Assembly (NCBI GenBank): GCA_038279365.1
Contig: JAYODI010000022.1
Location: 1-64,000 of the forward strand
Length of the DNA: 64,000 nucleotides
Direction: 5' to 3'
Origin: Candidatus Latescibacterota bacterium
Lineage (GTDB): Bacteria; Latescibacterota; UBA2968
The first letter of the stretch is position 1, and the number at the start of each line of letters is the position of its first letter. The notes below the pieces were generated by a model. That model saw nothing but the letters and a program-made list of their open reading frames with translations. It had not been told where the DNA came from and did not search any database. Both the position numbers and the translations under genes were made by a program. Positions 29,264-38,295 of the stretch are shown here, in pieces.

Positions 29264-29599
29264 GGTTGGTGCTTTCTGTGCAAGTTTTGGGGTGTTTTGC
29301 TTGATCTGCCTTCGGCGACTTCTTACTTGTAAAGACACAAGAAAGAAGCAAAGGAGGTTTCTCGCTGGCCACGAGGGGCTTTAAATATGTTGGGTGGTTT
29401 TACAGACGTCGGCTACCCTTATCTGCCCGTGAAGTTCCACCCCCATCTGCCTCGCGTTCCACGCGCCGCCCATCCCACACATCACTTCCACACCAACTGC
29501 ACAACGGCCCCTTCCTCCTGTGGGTGGGCTTGATGTATGGGTGAAGGGCTCATGGTATTTGTTTGTGCGCGTTTGGGTTAGGTGTGTTTGTGTGTAAAG
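29264..29599. other. possible non-autonomous insertion or repeat element inside the ABC-2 operon
   Basis: 336-bp non-coding gap; GCC-TTCG-GC hairpin; CTTCTTACTTGT…ACAAGAAAGAAG inverted repeat; locally C-rich plus strand. Confidence 0.35.
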
Positions 29600-30580
29600 T
29601 TATCGGGTTTGTTCTTTGTAGAGTCTGGAAATAATTTCTTCGATAGGCGTGTTTTCTACAAAGAGATCACGCACAGGATGTTTTGCGGTGATGCGAGCGA
29701 TGAGGTCTGCTGTGGCGATGTGTTCTGGGTCAAAAGTGAGTTGCACACGATGACCATCTGTGGCTATCACTTGCACATCGGGGTCACTGATTTGTGCGGG
29801 CGCTTGCAAATCGACAATGAGGCGTCTCTCTTGGGTGACGCGAGATCGCAAGTCTGTGAGGGTGCCATCAGACAAGATGTTGCCTTGCCCAATGACCATC
29901 ACGCGGGTGCATAGGGCTTCGATGTCATCCATATCGTGTGTGGTGAGAATGACGGTGACGTTGCGTTCTTTGTTGAGTTTTTTGATGAAGTCGCGCACGG
30001 CGAGTTTGGACACGGCATCAAGGCCGATGGTGGGTTCGTCGAGAAAGAGAATGGGCGGGGCATGGATGAGTGCGGCGGCCAGATCGCACCGCATCCGTTG
30101 CCCGAGGCTGAGTTGACGCACGGGCACATCCAGGAGCGATTCAAGGTCGAGCAGAGGAATAAGTTCGTCTCGCAGTTGAACGTATTGATTTTGAGGTACA
30201 CGATAGATGTCTCGCAAAAGATCAAATGACTCGATAACGGGTAAATCCCACCACAATTGGGTGCGTTGGCCAAAGACCACACCAATTTGAGACACGTGGG
30301 CAATGCGATCTTGCCACGGCGTGCGTCCCAAGATTTCGCAGCGCCCTGAATCGGGCACCAATATGCCAGAGAGCACTTTGACGGTGGTGGATTTGCCAGC
30401 ACCATTTGGGCCAATATACCCGACCAATTCGCCGGGTTCAATGGTGAAGGAGATACCATCTAATGCTGAAATGGTGCGATATGTTCGACGTACAACACCC
30501 GTGAGTGCGCCCCATAAACCAGGGCGGCGTTGGGCAATTTGGAAGGTTTTGGTGAGGTTTTCAACAATAATTTGAGACAT
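29600..30580 (-). CDS. ABC-2 type ATP-binding protein
   Basis: GPNGAGKST, FGQRTQLWWDLP, LSLGQRMR, FLDEPTIGLD, TTHDM. Confidence 0.93.
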   Translation of the reverse strand: MSQIIVENLTKTFQIAQRRPGLWGALTGVVRRTYRTISALDGISFTIEPGELVGYIGPNGAGKSTTVKVLSGILVPDSGRCEILGRTPWQDRIAHVSQIGVVFGQRTQLWWDLPVIESFDLLRDIYRVPQNQYVQLRDELIPLLDLESLLDVPVRQLSLGQRMRCDLAAALIHAPPILFLDEPTIGLDAVSKLAVRDFIKKLNKERNVTVILTTHDMDDIEALCTRVMVIGQGNILSDGTLTDLRSRVTQERRLIVDLQAPAQISDPDVQVIATDGHRVQLTFDPEHIATADLIARITAKHPVRDLFVENTPIEEIISRLYKEQTR

Positions 30581-30709
30581 GAGGCCCTCGAGAAGAAGGA
30601 GACAATGACGCTGGGCAAATGGCGTTATGACGCGTAGAACAGAATATAAGACAGGTAAGTGGGGAGGCGTGTTTTGGGAAGGTGTTTTTTTTAAATAAGA
30701 ATATAGAGT

Positions 30710-30741
30710 GAGGGGCAGAAAATTTTCTGCCTCTCTTTTTT
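30710..30741. terminator. stem-loop/terminator
   Basis: GAGGGGCAGAAAATTTTCTGCCTCTC followed by a T-run. Confidence 0.55.
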
Positions 30742-30750
30742 ATAACGGGA

Positions 30751-31197
30751 TTAAGTATGAACGGTTTTTGGGCGACCAGGAAGGTGCTTGGCGCGCCATT
30801 CCTCAATTTTACGTGCATCTGAGTCTCTCAATATGATGGGGCCGTTGACACTATTTTGAATGCCGATTTGGATACCAGACTCAGACATCGTTTTGATGGT
30901 TTTTTGTATGGTACGTTGGGAGATATTCAATGCTTTAGCAAGACTTGAAATCGTGAAGATCTCGGAAGAACTTCCATCGATGATGTTTTGGTCATTTTGA
31001 ATGATATTTGACAAATTGACAGCTTGGGAAGCCACATCGATTGTGATGGATATGATTCGACCTTGATTGTCGTAAGAAAAGAGAATGTTGTCATGTTCTC
31101 CATCGGCACCTGCATTTTCTGTTTTTGATGCGGGGCCATTGGCCAACGTGATTTCGAGTGTGTCTGAGTCTGGAAAGTAGATAAATGGCTTGTTCAT
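30751..31197 (-). CDS. DUF2283-like putative antitoxin with C-terminal HTH extension
   Basis: YFPDSDTLEI, YDNQGRIISITI.VAS (DUF2283 pattern); ISSLAKALNISQRTIQK HTH; PGRPK tail. Confidence 0.7.
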   Translation of the reverse strand: MNKPFIYFPDSDTLEITLANGPASKTENAGADGEHDNILFSYDNQGRIISITIDVASQAVNLSNIIQNDQNIIDGSSSEIFTISSLAKALNISQRTIQKTIKTMSESGIQIGIQNSVNGPIILRDSDARKIEEWRAKHLPGRPKTVHT

Positions 31198-31445
31198 AAT
31201 TTAACTCCTTTATACCTGCTGTCTGGGAAAGCATTTAGGACAGTGCGGTAATCGGTCAGAAAGACAATGCGGAAACATTGTTTTGCATCGGCGATATAAG
31301 CCCATTGACGAATTCGCCCCGAAGATTCAACTTGGTAACCTTCGAGGTTGCCCGTATCGACGGTCTCAACTATGGCGCGTAAATTTTGCAATGTTTCAGG
31401 ATGTTTTTTGAGCAGGGCGATGAGAAAGTAATTTGTAACACGCAT
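31194..31445 (-). CDS. putative RelE/BrnT-like toxin (DUF2283 partner)
   Basis: 83 aa; T.YF, GRIR.W, RIV, T..NAF.D pattern; ATGA overlap with the DUF2283 gene. Confidence 0.6.
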   Translation of the reverse strand: MRVTNYFLIALLKKHPETLQNLRAIVETVDTGNLEGYQVESSGRIRQWAYIADAKQCFRIVFLTDYRTVLNAFPDSRYKGVKL

Positions 31446-31606
31446 TAGGCGTCCGACTTTCAGTGGTTTAAATATACGCATGTGCGAATATTATGCAATG
31501 TTGTGATCTGTCTCAAGCCTCTAAATTGAACATTTTATTCACTTATTGTCTCGAATGGGCATTATTTATAGCTTTTGCAAACATCTTGCCATAAAAGGAG
31601 AATTAA

Positions 31607-32164
31607 ATGGTCGCATTTTCTTGGCACGATTTGCGTTTTGAAACAGAACGGTTGATTCTGAGGCCGTTTTTTCAGGCCGATTGTGAGATAGCACTGCCTT
31701 ATTACCACGATCCTGAGTTTCTGTTTGCAATGGAAGGGGAGCCGCCGACAGAACCTATTACGGTAGAATATCTGGAGGATGTGGCGCGAATTATGGCCCG
31801 GCAAGGTTATTTATTTGCAATAGTGGAAAAGGTGAGTGGGCGTGTGATAGGAGAGGTGTGTTTGCAGTGGATGAATTTGGAGCGGGCAGATGTGCGCGAA
31901 AATGAGAAGGTGATGCGGTTGCCTATAGGGATTTGGGATAAGACATTGTGGGGTAAAGGCTACGGCAAAGAAGTGGTTTCTTGTTTGATGCGTTACGCGT
32001 TTGAAGAACTTAATATTGATCGGTTTTGCGCAATGGATGTGAAGGTTGACAATGTGCGGTCTCGGGCGTTGTGGTTGTCATTGGGCTTGAAACCCGTCCG
32101 AGAATTGGATAAAAGTGCGGTTTTTGACTTTGAGATTTCAAAAGAAATATATTTTTATATTTAA
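31607..32164 (+). CDS. GNAT N-acetyltransferase (RimJ/RimL-like)
   Basis: ETERLILRP, WGKGYGKE, YAFEEL, NVRS; RBS AAGGAG. Confidence 0.9.
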   Translation: MVAFSWHDLRFETERLILRPFFQADCEIALPYYHDPEFLFAMEGEPPTEPITVEYLEDVARIMARQGYLFAIVEKVSGRVIGEVCLQWMNLERADVRENEKVMRLPIGIWDKTLWGKGYGKEVVSCLMRYAFEELNIDRFCAMDVKVDNVRSRALWLSLGLKPVRELDKSAVFDFEISKEIYFYI

Positions 32165-32280
32165 AATGTTAAAAAATAATTATTTGAAAATTTTGTGAAT
32201 TCCAATTTTTTATTTATAAATATGTGTTTGTGTAGGCATTTTTATAATTTGAATGTGTTTTTGTTCGGTGCAGCGTGTTT

Positions 32281-33423
32281 CTAACGTTCAACTTGAATAC
32301 CGTAATTGCCTTCAATGTAAGGGAATTTTTCTTCGAGGTCCTCTGCAAGTTCCACACCGAGTCCTGGTGCGTCTGGAAAAATGAGATACCCGTCTTTTAT
32401 GGCGGGTTTTTCTTTGAGGATTTCCCAGGTGAGCGGGCCTTGGATCATACACAGTTCCAAGACACGTGGGTTTGGAAGGGCGGCTACGAGGTGGCCGTTG
32501 GCCATTGCCATGAGGCCATTGTGCCAAGAATGAGGGCATAGGTCTACGCCGAGTTCGTGGGCACGTTGTGCAATTTTGAAGCATTCGGTAATGCCACAAA
32601 CGCCCGCATCGGGTTGGGCGATTGCAAAGGCGTTTTTGGCAAAGTAGGGCTCAAATTGTTCGAGTGTGGTAAAGGGTTCTCCACCTGTTATGGGCATTTT
32701 GACGGCCGCGTTGAGTCGGGCATAAGCGTCTGGATCGCGTGGGATGGGTTCTTCAAACCACGTCCAGCCCATTTCGTCTAAGGCTTTGGCAATGGTGAGT
32801 GCTTCTTCTTCGGTGAGGCGACAGTTGCCATCGAGCATCAGTTCCATTCGATTACCCACGGCATCGGTCACTTTTTGTGCGAGTGCGATGAATTTGTCAG
32901 GTGTGACATTGCTCCAACCCCAATGCGTGCCAAGGCGCATTTTCATGGCGGTGAGCCCATCATTTGCATAACCAATGGCTTCGCGTACCAGTTGCTCTGG
33001 GTCTTTATCCCAATCGTACATACAGCCGCTGGAGGCATAGAGACGCACTTTATCGAGCGGTTTATCGGTGAGGAGTTCGCTGACCTTTTTGTTTTCAATT
33101 TTACCACGTAAATCCCAAAGCGCACAATCGACCCCAGCAATGGCAATTTCTTCTGCTCTTGGGCCACCCGTGGTTGGGGGGGCGATAGATGGGTCTGACG
33201 GATCTTTGCCAATGAGATCTTTGGCGAGTTCGGCCACGCGCATTTTGATGTCGGGGGGCACGCCATAGGCACACGCTTCCCCAATGCCACGCAGGTTGCC
33301 GTCTGTTTCAATGACCACAATGGCGCAATCGGCTTTGATGGAGCGGTATTTGGCGGTGACCCATTGGCGTTCGGGTTCGTGCGCACGTGATAGGCAGAGG
33401 GTGTCGATTTTGGTGATTTTCAT
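32281..33423 (-). CDS. mandelate racemase/muconate lactonizing enzyme family (probable sugar-acid dehydratase)
   Basis: GIGE, DCALWDLRGK, YAS, KMR, LDGN, WFEEP, TGGE, QPD, PH, PGLGVE. Confidence 0.92.
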   Translation of the reverse strand: MKITKIDTLCLSRAHEPERQWVTAKYRSIKADCAIVVIETDGNLRGIGEACAYGVPPDIKMRVAELAKDLIGKDPSDPSIAPPTTGGPRAEEIAIAGVDCALWDLRGKIENKKVSELLTDKPLDKVRLYASSGCMYDWDKDPEQLVREAIGYANDGLTAMKMRLGTHWGWSNVTPDKFIALAQKVTDAVGNRMELMLDGNCRLTEEEALTIAKALDEMGWTWFEEPIPRDPDAYARLNAAVKMPITGGEPFTTLEQFEPYFAKNAFAIAQPDAGVCGITECFKIAQRAHELGVDLCPHSWHNGLMAMANGHLVAALPNPRVLELCMIQGPLTWEILKEKPAIKDGYLIFPDAPGLGVELAEDLEEKFPYIEGNYGIQVER

Positions 33424-33436
33424 GGGAATCTCTTTG

Positions 33437-33538
33437 GGAATCAAGGAATCAAGGAATCAAGGAATCAAGGAATCAAGGAATCAAGGAATCAGCGAATCAA
33501 CGAATTAACGAATCAAGGAATCAGCGAATCAACGAATC
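33437..33538. repeat. octamer tandem repeat (S)GAATCAA, about 12.7 units
   Basis: Six perfect GGAATCAA, then GGAATCAG, CGAATCAA and CGAATTAA variants. Confidence 0.95.
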
Positions 33539-33581
33539 CTATTATCCAAAACATGTTGCAAGGTTTTCGTTTATTCGCCAT

Positions 33582-34625
33582 TTAGATTTTGACGCGTTTA
33601 CCTGTTTTGGCCGATTCGTAGGCGGCGAGCACCATTTCGACCGAAACGCGACCTTCTTCGGGCGAAACACGTTCGTTTGACAGACCGCGAATGTAGTCAA
33701 TAAAGGGGCGAGGGATATTGGCAATGCGTTCGCCTTGGCTTTTGGGAATATCCATAGCCAATTCCGTCCAGTGATCGTCGCCTTTTTGAATGTATTTGAG
33801 GGGAATGGCATTTGGGGGGCGAGGTGCGGATGTGGCTGGCGAGTCGCCATAGTCTTGGATAAGTGTGCCATTGTCACCATAAATTTCGGTGGTATTAACA
33901 CCAAACAAGGTGGTTGAACCGTTAAATAAGGTGCCGATGATCCCGTTTTCAAATCGGTAAAGTGCCACACCATTGTCGTCGGGTGCCACGTTGGTGACAA
34001 TGTTATCAATTTCGGCCATTACAGAAATGGGTTTGCCAAAGATCCAATAAAACCAATCGGCGGCGTGTGTGGCATCGTCAAAAAACATGCCTATGTTTGC
34101 CACGGGGTCAATATGCCAGTGCGATGGGCCATTTACGAATGAGGGGTTGAGTAAAACGGGAATACAGTGGCGACGACGCACCACGGCAATGTTTCCCACA
34201 ACGCCTTGCTCTACGAGTTCTTTGATTTTGCGGTTGACAGGGTCGTGGCGCATTTGAAAGGCCATACTAAACTTGACCCCTGTTTCATGAACGATTTTGG
34301 TTATGCGGTCACAATCTGCGAGTGTGGTGGCCATCGGCTTTTGCAGGAGAATGTTTTTGCCTGCTTTTGCAGCGATTTCTACCAAGTCGGCGTGTCGGTT
34401 GGTTTCCACGCCAATCATAACGGTGTCAATATTGGGGTTGTTTACCACACCTTCTGGGGTGCTGCAAAAATTGAGGCCAAATTTTTGGGCATTGGTTCGA
34501 CCCCGTTCCTCATCGTCGTCCCAAGTGGCAACCAACTCGACATCGTCAAAATGCATCATTTCGTTGCAATAGGTATTGATGTGTCCGTGTGCGTGACTCA
34601 GCACGCCAATATGAACTTTTTCCAT
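33582..34625 (-). CDS. Gfo/Idh/MocA family oxidoreductase
   Basis: LLQKPMA, FQMRH, GMFFDDATHAAD. Confidence 0.9.
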   Translation of the reverse strand: MEKVHIGVLSHAHGHINTYCNEMMHFDDVELVATWDDDEERGRTNAQKFGLNFCSTPEGVVNNPNIDTVMIGVETNRHADLVEIAAKAGKNILLQKPMATTLADCDRITKIVHETGVKFSMAFQMRHDPVNRKIKELVEQGVVGNIAVVRRRHCIPVLLNPSFVNGPSHWHIDPVANIGMFFDDATHAADWFYWIFGKPISVMAEIDNIVTNVAPDDNGVALYRFENGIIGTLFNGSTTLFGVNTTEIYGDNGTLIQDYGDSPATSAPRPPNAIPLKYIQKGDDHWTELAMDIPKSQGERIANIPRPFIDYIRGLSNERVSPEEGRVSVEMVLAAYESAKTGKRVKI

Positions 34626-34629
34626 AGTT

Positions 34630-35622
34630 TTATTTCACGTAAACGACGGTTTCGTTGTTAAGTGATTCAATGGCGGCGGCAATGACTTTTTGTGCAGCAA
34701 GGCCTTCTGCGCCTGATCCATCAATTTGATCGGGAGAAACACCTTCACTTACTTGTTTGAGAAAGGTGCCAATGCGATCGCGAAAGGTGTCGATAAAATC
34801 GCCAAAACCACCAAAAGCAGGGTCGGTATAGACGGTTTTTTCAAGGCTTCCTGCAGGGTAAAGGGTAAGTTCATGCCACATATCTTGAAGCACAAAACGC
34901 CCACCTGTTCCGGCTACTTCACAGCGTTCCATGGGGTGACCCCGTTCAATGTCGTAACTGCCTGTAAGCGAACCCACCACGCCGTTTTTGAAGCGCATAT
35001 TAAATTGTGCAGTAGACCAAATGCTTCGGCCTGGGGCCTTGGTGGCAAAGCATTGCACAGCTTCAATGTCACCACAAAAATAGCGCATCACATCAATGGT
35101 ATGTGGATGAAGGGCTTGAAGGTGGTAATAGGGTGAACTTTCAGCAGGGTTCATAATCCACATGGCCATATTGACAAAGAGCAGGTGGCCCAAGCGACCT
35201 TCGTTGACCCATTTTTTTGCCAGGCGTGCCGCAGGTGTAAATCTGTGGTTGAGGTCAATGCCGTAACACACGCCCATTTCTTTGGCTTTGGCCACCATTT
35301 CTTCGGCATGAGCTATGTTGTTGGAAATGGGCTTTTCTCCCAAAACATGGCAACCTGCTTCTAAGGCTTGCATGGTGGGGGCATAGTGGTCGCTGCCATA
35401 TTCATAACCACCTGTTGCCACACTGACCAGATCGGGTTTGAGTTCATCCAACATCTTTTGAACATTGTAAAAGCCCGAAACCCCCAGCCGTTGTGACGCG
35501 GTGTCGGCTCGTTTTTCGTCAATATCACATACACCCACCAGCTCAGACAAGGCGTTTTCTTGATAGATATCGGCATGTCGATTGCCAATTGGCCCCACCC
35601 CAATCACACAAACGCGTAACAT
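34630..35622 (-). CDS. Gfo/Idh/MocA family oxidoreductase
   Basis: IGVGPIG, GEKPIS, NHRFTP, HPHTID. Confidence 0.92.
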   Translation of the reverse strand: MLRVCVIGVGPIGNRHADIYQENALSELVGVCDIDEKRADTASQRLGVSGFYNVQKMLDELKPDLVSVATGGYEYGSDHYAPTMQALEAGCHVLGEKPISNNIAHAEEMVAKAKEMGVCYGIDLNHRFTPAARLAKKWVNEGRLGHLLFVNMAMWIMNPAESSPYYHLQALHPHTIDVMRYFCGDIEAVQCFATKAPGRSIWSTAQFNMRFKNGVVGSLTGSYDIERGHPMERCEVAGTGGRFVLQDMWHELTLYPAGSLEKTVYTDPAFGGFGDFIDTFRDRIGTFLKQVSEGVSPDQIDGSGAEGLAAQKVIAAAIESLNNETVVYVK

Positions 35623-35646
35623 TGAAAATCTCCTAAAAGCAGTGAG

Positions 35647-35722
35647 ATGGCAAAAGGCAAATGGCAATGTGAAGCTGGTACCAAATTGGGATGGTTCCCT
35701 CTGGCATTTGCCGTTTGCCGTT
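35647..35722. repeat. inverted heptamer repeat array (hairpin)
   Basis: ATGGCAA-AAGGCAA-ATGGCAA faces TGGCATT-TGCCGTT-TGCCGTT. Confidence 0.65.
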
Positions 35723-35728
35723 TTATGA

Positions 35729-36751
35729 TTAGGCTTTTGCCACTGTGACAATGGTGCCATTTTCCCAAGACTCAATGGCGGCTTCTATCACCATTTGGGC
35801 TTTAAGTGCTTCCTCACCAGAGCCTTCGATGTCTTCAGGTGCGGCATTTTCGAGGTTTTGCTCTATCCATCTGCCAATGCGGCTTTGGAAGGTTTCACCA
35901 AAAGCCATCATGCCACCAATGTAGTCGTAATGTTCTAACGCCATAGATCTGCGAGGGTGAAAGTGCAGGTGTTCGCAGGCATCATCGAGGATAAAACGTG
36001 CGTCTGAACCGACCACTTCAAGGCGTTCGAGGCCATAAGAACCGCCAGGGCCGGTGGCATCGTAACTGCCTGTAAGGGAGCCAACCACGCCGTTTTCAAA
36101 TTGCATATTGATTTGAGCATTTGACCAGCAGACACGGCGTTTGCCGTCTTTGTCAATGCCACGTTTGCAGAATGCTTGCACTTTTTCAACATCGCCACAA
36201 AAGTAGCGCATGACATCTACGGAGTGTGGGTGTAGTGCACGTAGGTGAAACCAAGGGGATGTTTCATTGGGGTTGTTGATCCACATGGTCATGTTGATAA
36301 TATTGAGCTCGCCCAAACGTCCCTGATCAACCCATTCTTTGGCACGTGCAGCTGCGGGTGTAAATCGGTGATTGAGGTCAATGCCATAACGCAATTTTTT
36401 TTCTTTGGCTTTGGCCACCATCTCACGGGCATCGTCAATGTTGTTAGAGATGGGTTTTTCACCCAGCACGGGAATATTTGCTTCAAAGAGTTCCATGGTG
36501 GGTTTGTAGTGGTCGCCACCATTTTCTGTGCCTGCTGTGGCAACGCTGGCCATATCCAAATTTAAACCGGCATTGAGCATGTCTTGAATCGAATAAAAGG
36601 CTTGTGTTTCGTGCCGTTTTGCAGCCGCATCCGCACGTTCTTTGTTGATGTCGCAAACGCCTACGAGGTTACAATGTTCACTATCCTTATAGATGGCGGC
36701 ATGGCGGTTGCCAATACCACCCAAACCGACAACGGCAACGTTCAGTGCCAT
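35729..36751 (-). CDS. Gfo/Idh/MocA family oxidoreductase (tandem paralog of 34630)
   Basis: GLGGIGNRH, VLGEKPISNNI, YGIDLNHRFTPAA, ALHPH. Confidence 0.92.
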   Translation of the reverse strand: MALNVAVVGLGGIGNRHAAIYKDSEHCNLVGVCDINKERADAAAKRHETQAFYSIQDMLNAGLNLDMASVATAGTENGGDHYKPTMELFEANIPVLGEKPISNNIDDAREMVAKAKEKKLRYGIDLNHRFTPAAARAKEWVDQGRLGELNIINMTMWINNPNETSPWFHLRALHPHSVDVMRYFCGDVEKVQAFCKRGIDKDGKRRVCWSNAQINMQFENGVVGSLTGSYDATGPGGSYGLERLEVVGSDARFILDDACEHLHFHPRRSMALEHYDYIGGMMAFGETFQSRIGRWIEQNLENAAPEDIEGSGEEALKAQMVIEAAIESWENGTIVTVAKA

Positions 36752-36936
36752 AGGGGTGTGCTCCTTGTTGTGTTCAATTTTAGTTATGATTTGGACGGGT
36801 GATATATAGGGGGTGTAATCATTTTTGTCAAGACATTCGGTGGTCAATAATTATCAATCAGGGTGGGATATTGGGCTGGGGCGTTTTTGAGTGGTTTGAA
36901 AGCTGAGGAATTGTCTGATAAGTTCAGGTGTCAAAT

Positions 36937-36967
36937 AAAAAAAGCCCCACATTGTGGGGCTTTTTTT
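36937..36967 (-). terminator. intrinsic terminator
   Basis: A7-GCCCCACA-T-TGTGGGGC-T7. Confidence 0.85.
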
Positions 36968-38048
36968 ATTTGGATTTTAAAAGTTGTTGCTGTTGGGCTT
37001 GTTGCTGTTGCATTTGTAACTTCATTTGCATCATTTGTTCATTCATCTGCGAATTGACACCTTGTTCCAAGTCCGATTTGATATTTTCTAAGGCAACTGG
37101 GGCTTCACTGGCGACCCATTGCATAACAGCTAAAAAGCCTGCGACCAACACACAAACAACCGTAATGGCACCCATAAACATCATATTTCCACGGTCCATC
37201 TTTCGTCGGTTTCGACGCGGGCGAGAGCTTGGCTCTTTACGCCCAAAATCGGGTGACATTTGTGGTGTGGAAAGCGGCGACGATGTAATCGGGTTGTCAA
37301 TGGGTTTGTCAACAGGAGGGGGCCCACTCGTTTTGGGCGTGGTTATTTCTGGTGGGGGTGGTGGTGTGGGTGATAACTGAGGCGTTGTTGTTTGTTTTGA
37401 TTTATCAGCTTGTTTTTTAAGTGCTTCTAATAACTCATTTGGTGCAGAAGAGGAAGTTGGCTCTTTTGGGGAGTCTGATTTGGCCGCATTTCTCTTGAGT
37501 GCTTGAAGAATGTCGTTTGCAGGAGGAGTGGTTGGGTTTGGATTTGGTTTTGATTCTTCCTTTGATGTGCCATAAAGCGAATCAATGGATGCGTTCGATT
37601 GGGTGTCGGGCGTTGCAGGGCTGTTATATAAAAATGCCCCAGAATCTTGCGACAGGGTCGTTGCCGAACCGTTTTGCTTTAGGTTTTTTTCAATTTCATC
37701 CAATAAGATTCGTGCTTTAAACGGTTTTCTAACAATACCTTTCACGCCTTGATTGCGGAGTTCTTGAGCAACTTGATCGGTTACAAAACCCGATACCACA
37801 ATCACGGGAACATCAAACCCTTCGCGTACAATAAAGTCGAGCATAGAGGTGCCGTGAATGGTGGGCATTTTCAAATCGAGCAAAATCAGGTCAGGATTTT
37901 CATGATTGAGCGCGTCAACTGCTTCTGTCCACTTGGTTGCGCTGATGGCAGAATAGTTGTTGGCTTCCAGGATATCAACAATGAGATCTACAATGGCTTG
38001 CTCATCGTCGATGGTCAGGATTTTTTTTGTTTTAGAAGTGGTGGCCAT
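36966..38048 (-). CDS. receiver-domain protein with Pro/Ser-rich linker, TM helix and Gln-rich tail
   Basis: REC (IDDE, LLDLKMP, VSG, KPF); P/T/S-rich linker; Arg-rich patch; TM; poly-Q/M end. Confidence 0.85.
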   Translation of the reverse strand: MATTSKTKKILTIDDEQAIVDLIVDILEANNYSAISATKWTEAVDALNHENPDLILLDLKMPTIHGTSMLDFIVREGFDVPVIVVSGFVTDQVAQELRNQGVKGIVRKPFKARILLDEIEKNLKQNGSATTLSQDSGAFLYNSPATPDTQSNASIDSLYGTSKEESKPNPNPTTPPANDILQALKRNAAKSDSPKEPTSSSAPNELLEALKKQADKSKQTTTPQLSPTPPPPPEITTPKTSGPPPVDKPIDNPITSSPLSTPQMSPDFGRKEPSSRPRRNRRKMDRGNMMFMGAITVVCVLVAGFLAVMQWVASEAPVALENIKSDLEQGVNSQMNEQMMQMKLQMQQQQAQQQQLLKSK

Positions 38049-38295
38049 GTAAAATCCTAGGAAGGAAATAGATGCTAATTCATTGAATTATAAAGCCAAA
38101 AAGGTGCATTGACAAGAAGTTTTACCATTTTTTGTGGGTTCTAGTGACCTGTGTCGCAAATGTTTACCGAATTGGGGCTTGTTGGGTGAACGTCTGTGTA
38201 GTATATTGGTTTCGCCGTACTGTGTTAAGGAGAAGTGTTGGGTTAGCACATTTATCATCTATGTTTTTTAAGATATCGGATCTCAAGGGGATGAG

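Noticed and set aside
33437-33538. Possible CRISPR array
   Set aside because: 8-bp units without spacers; no cas genes.
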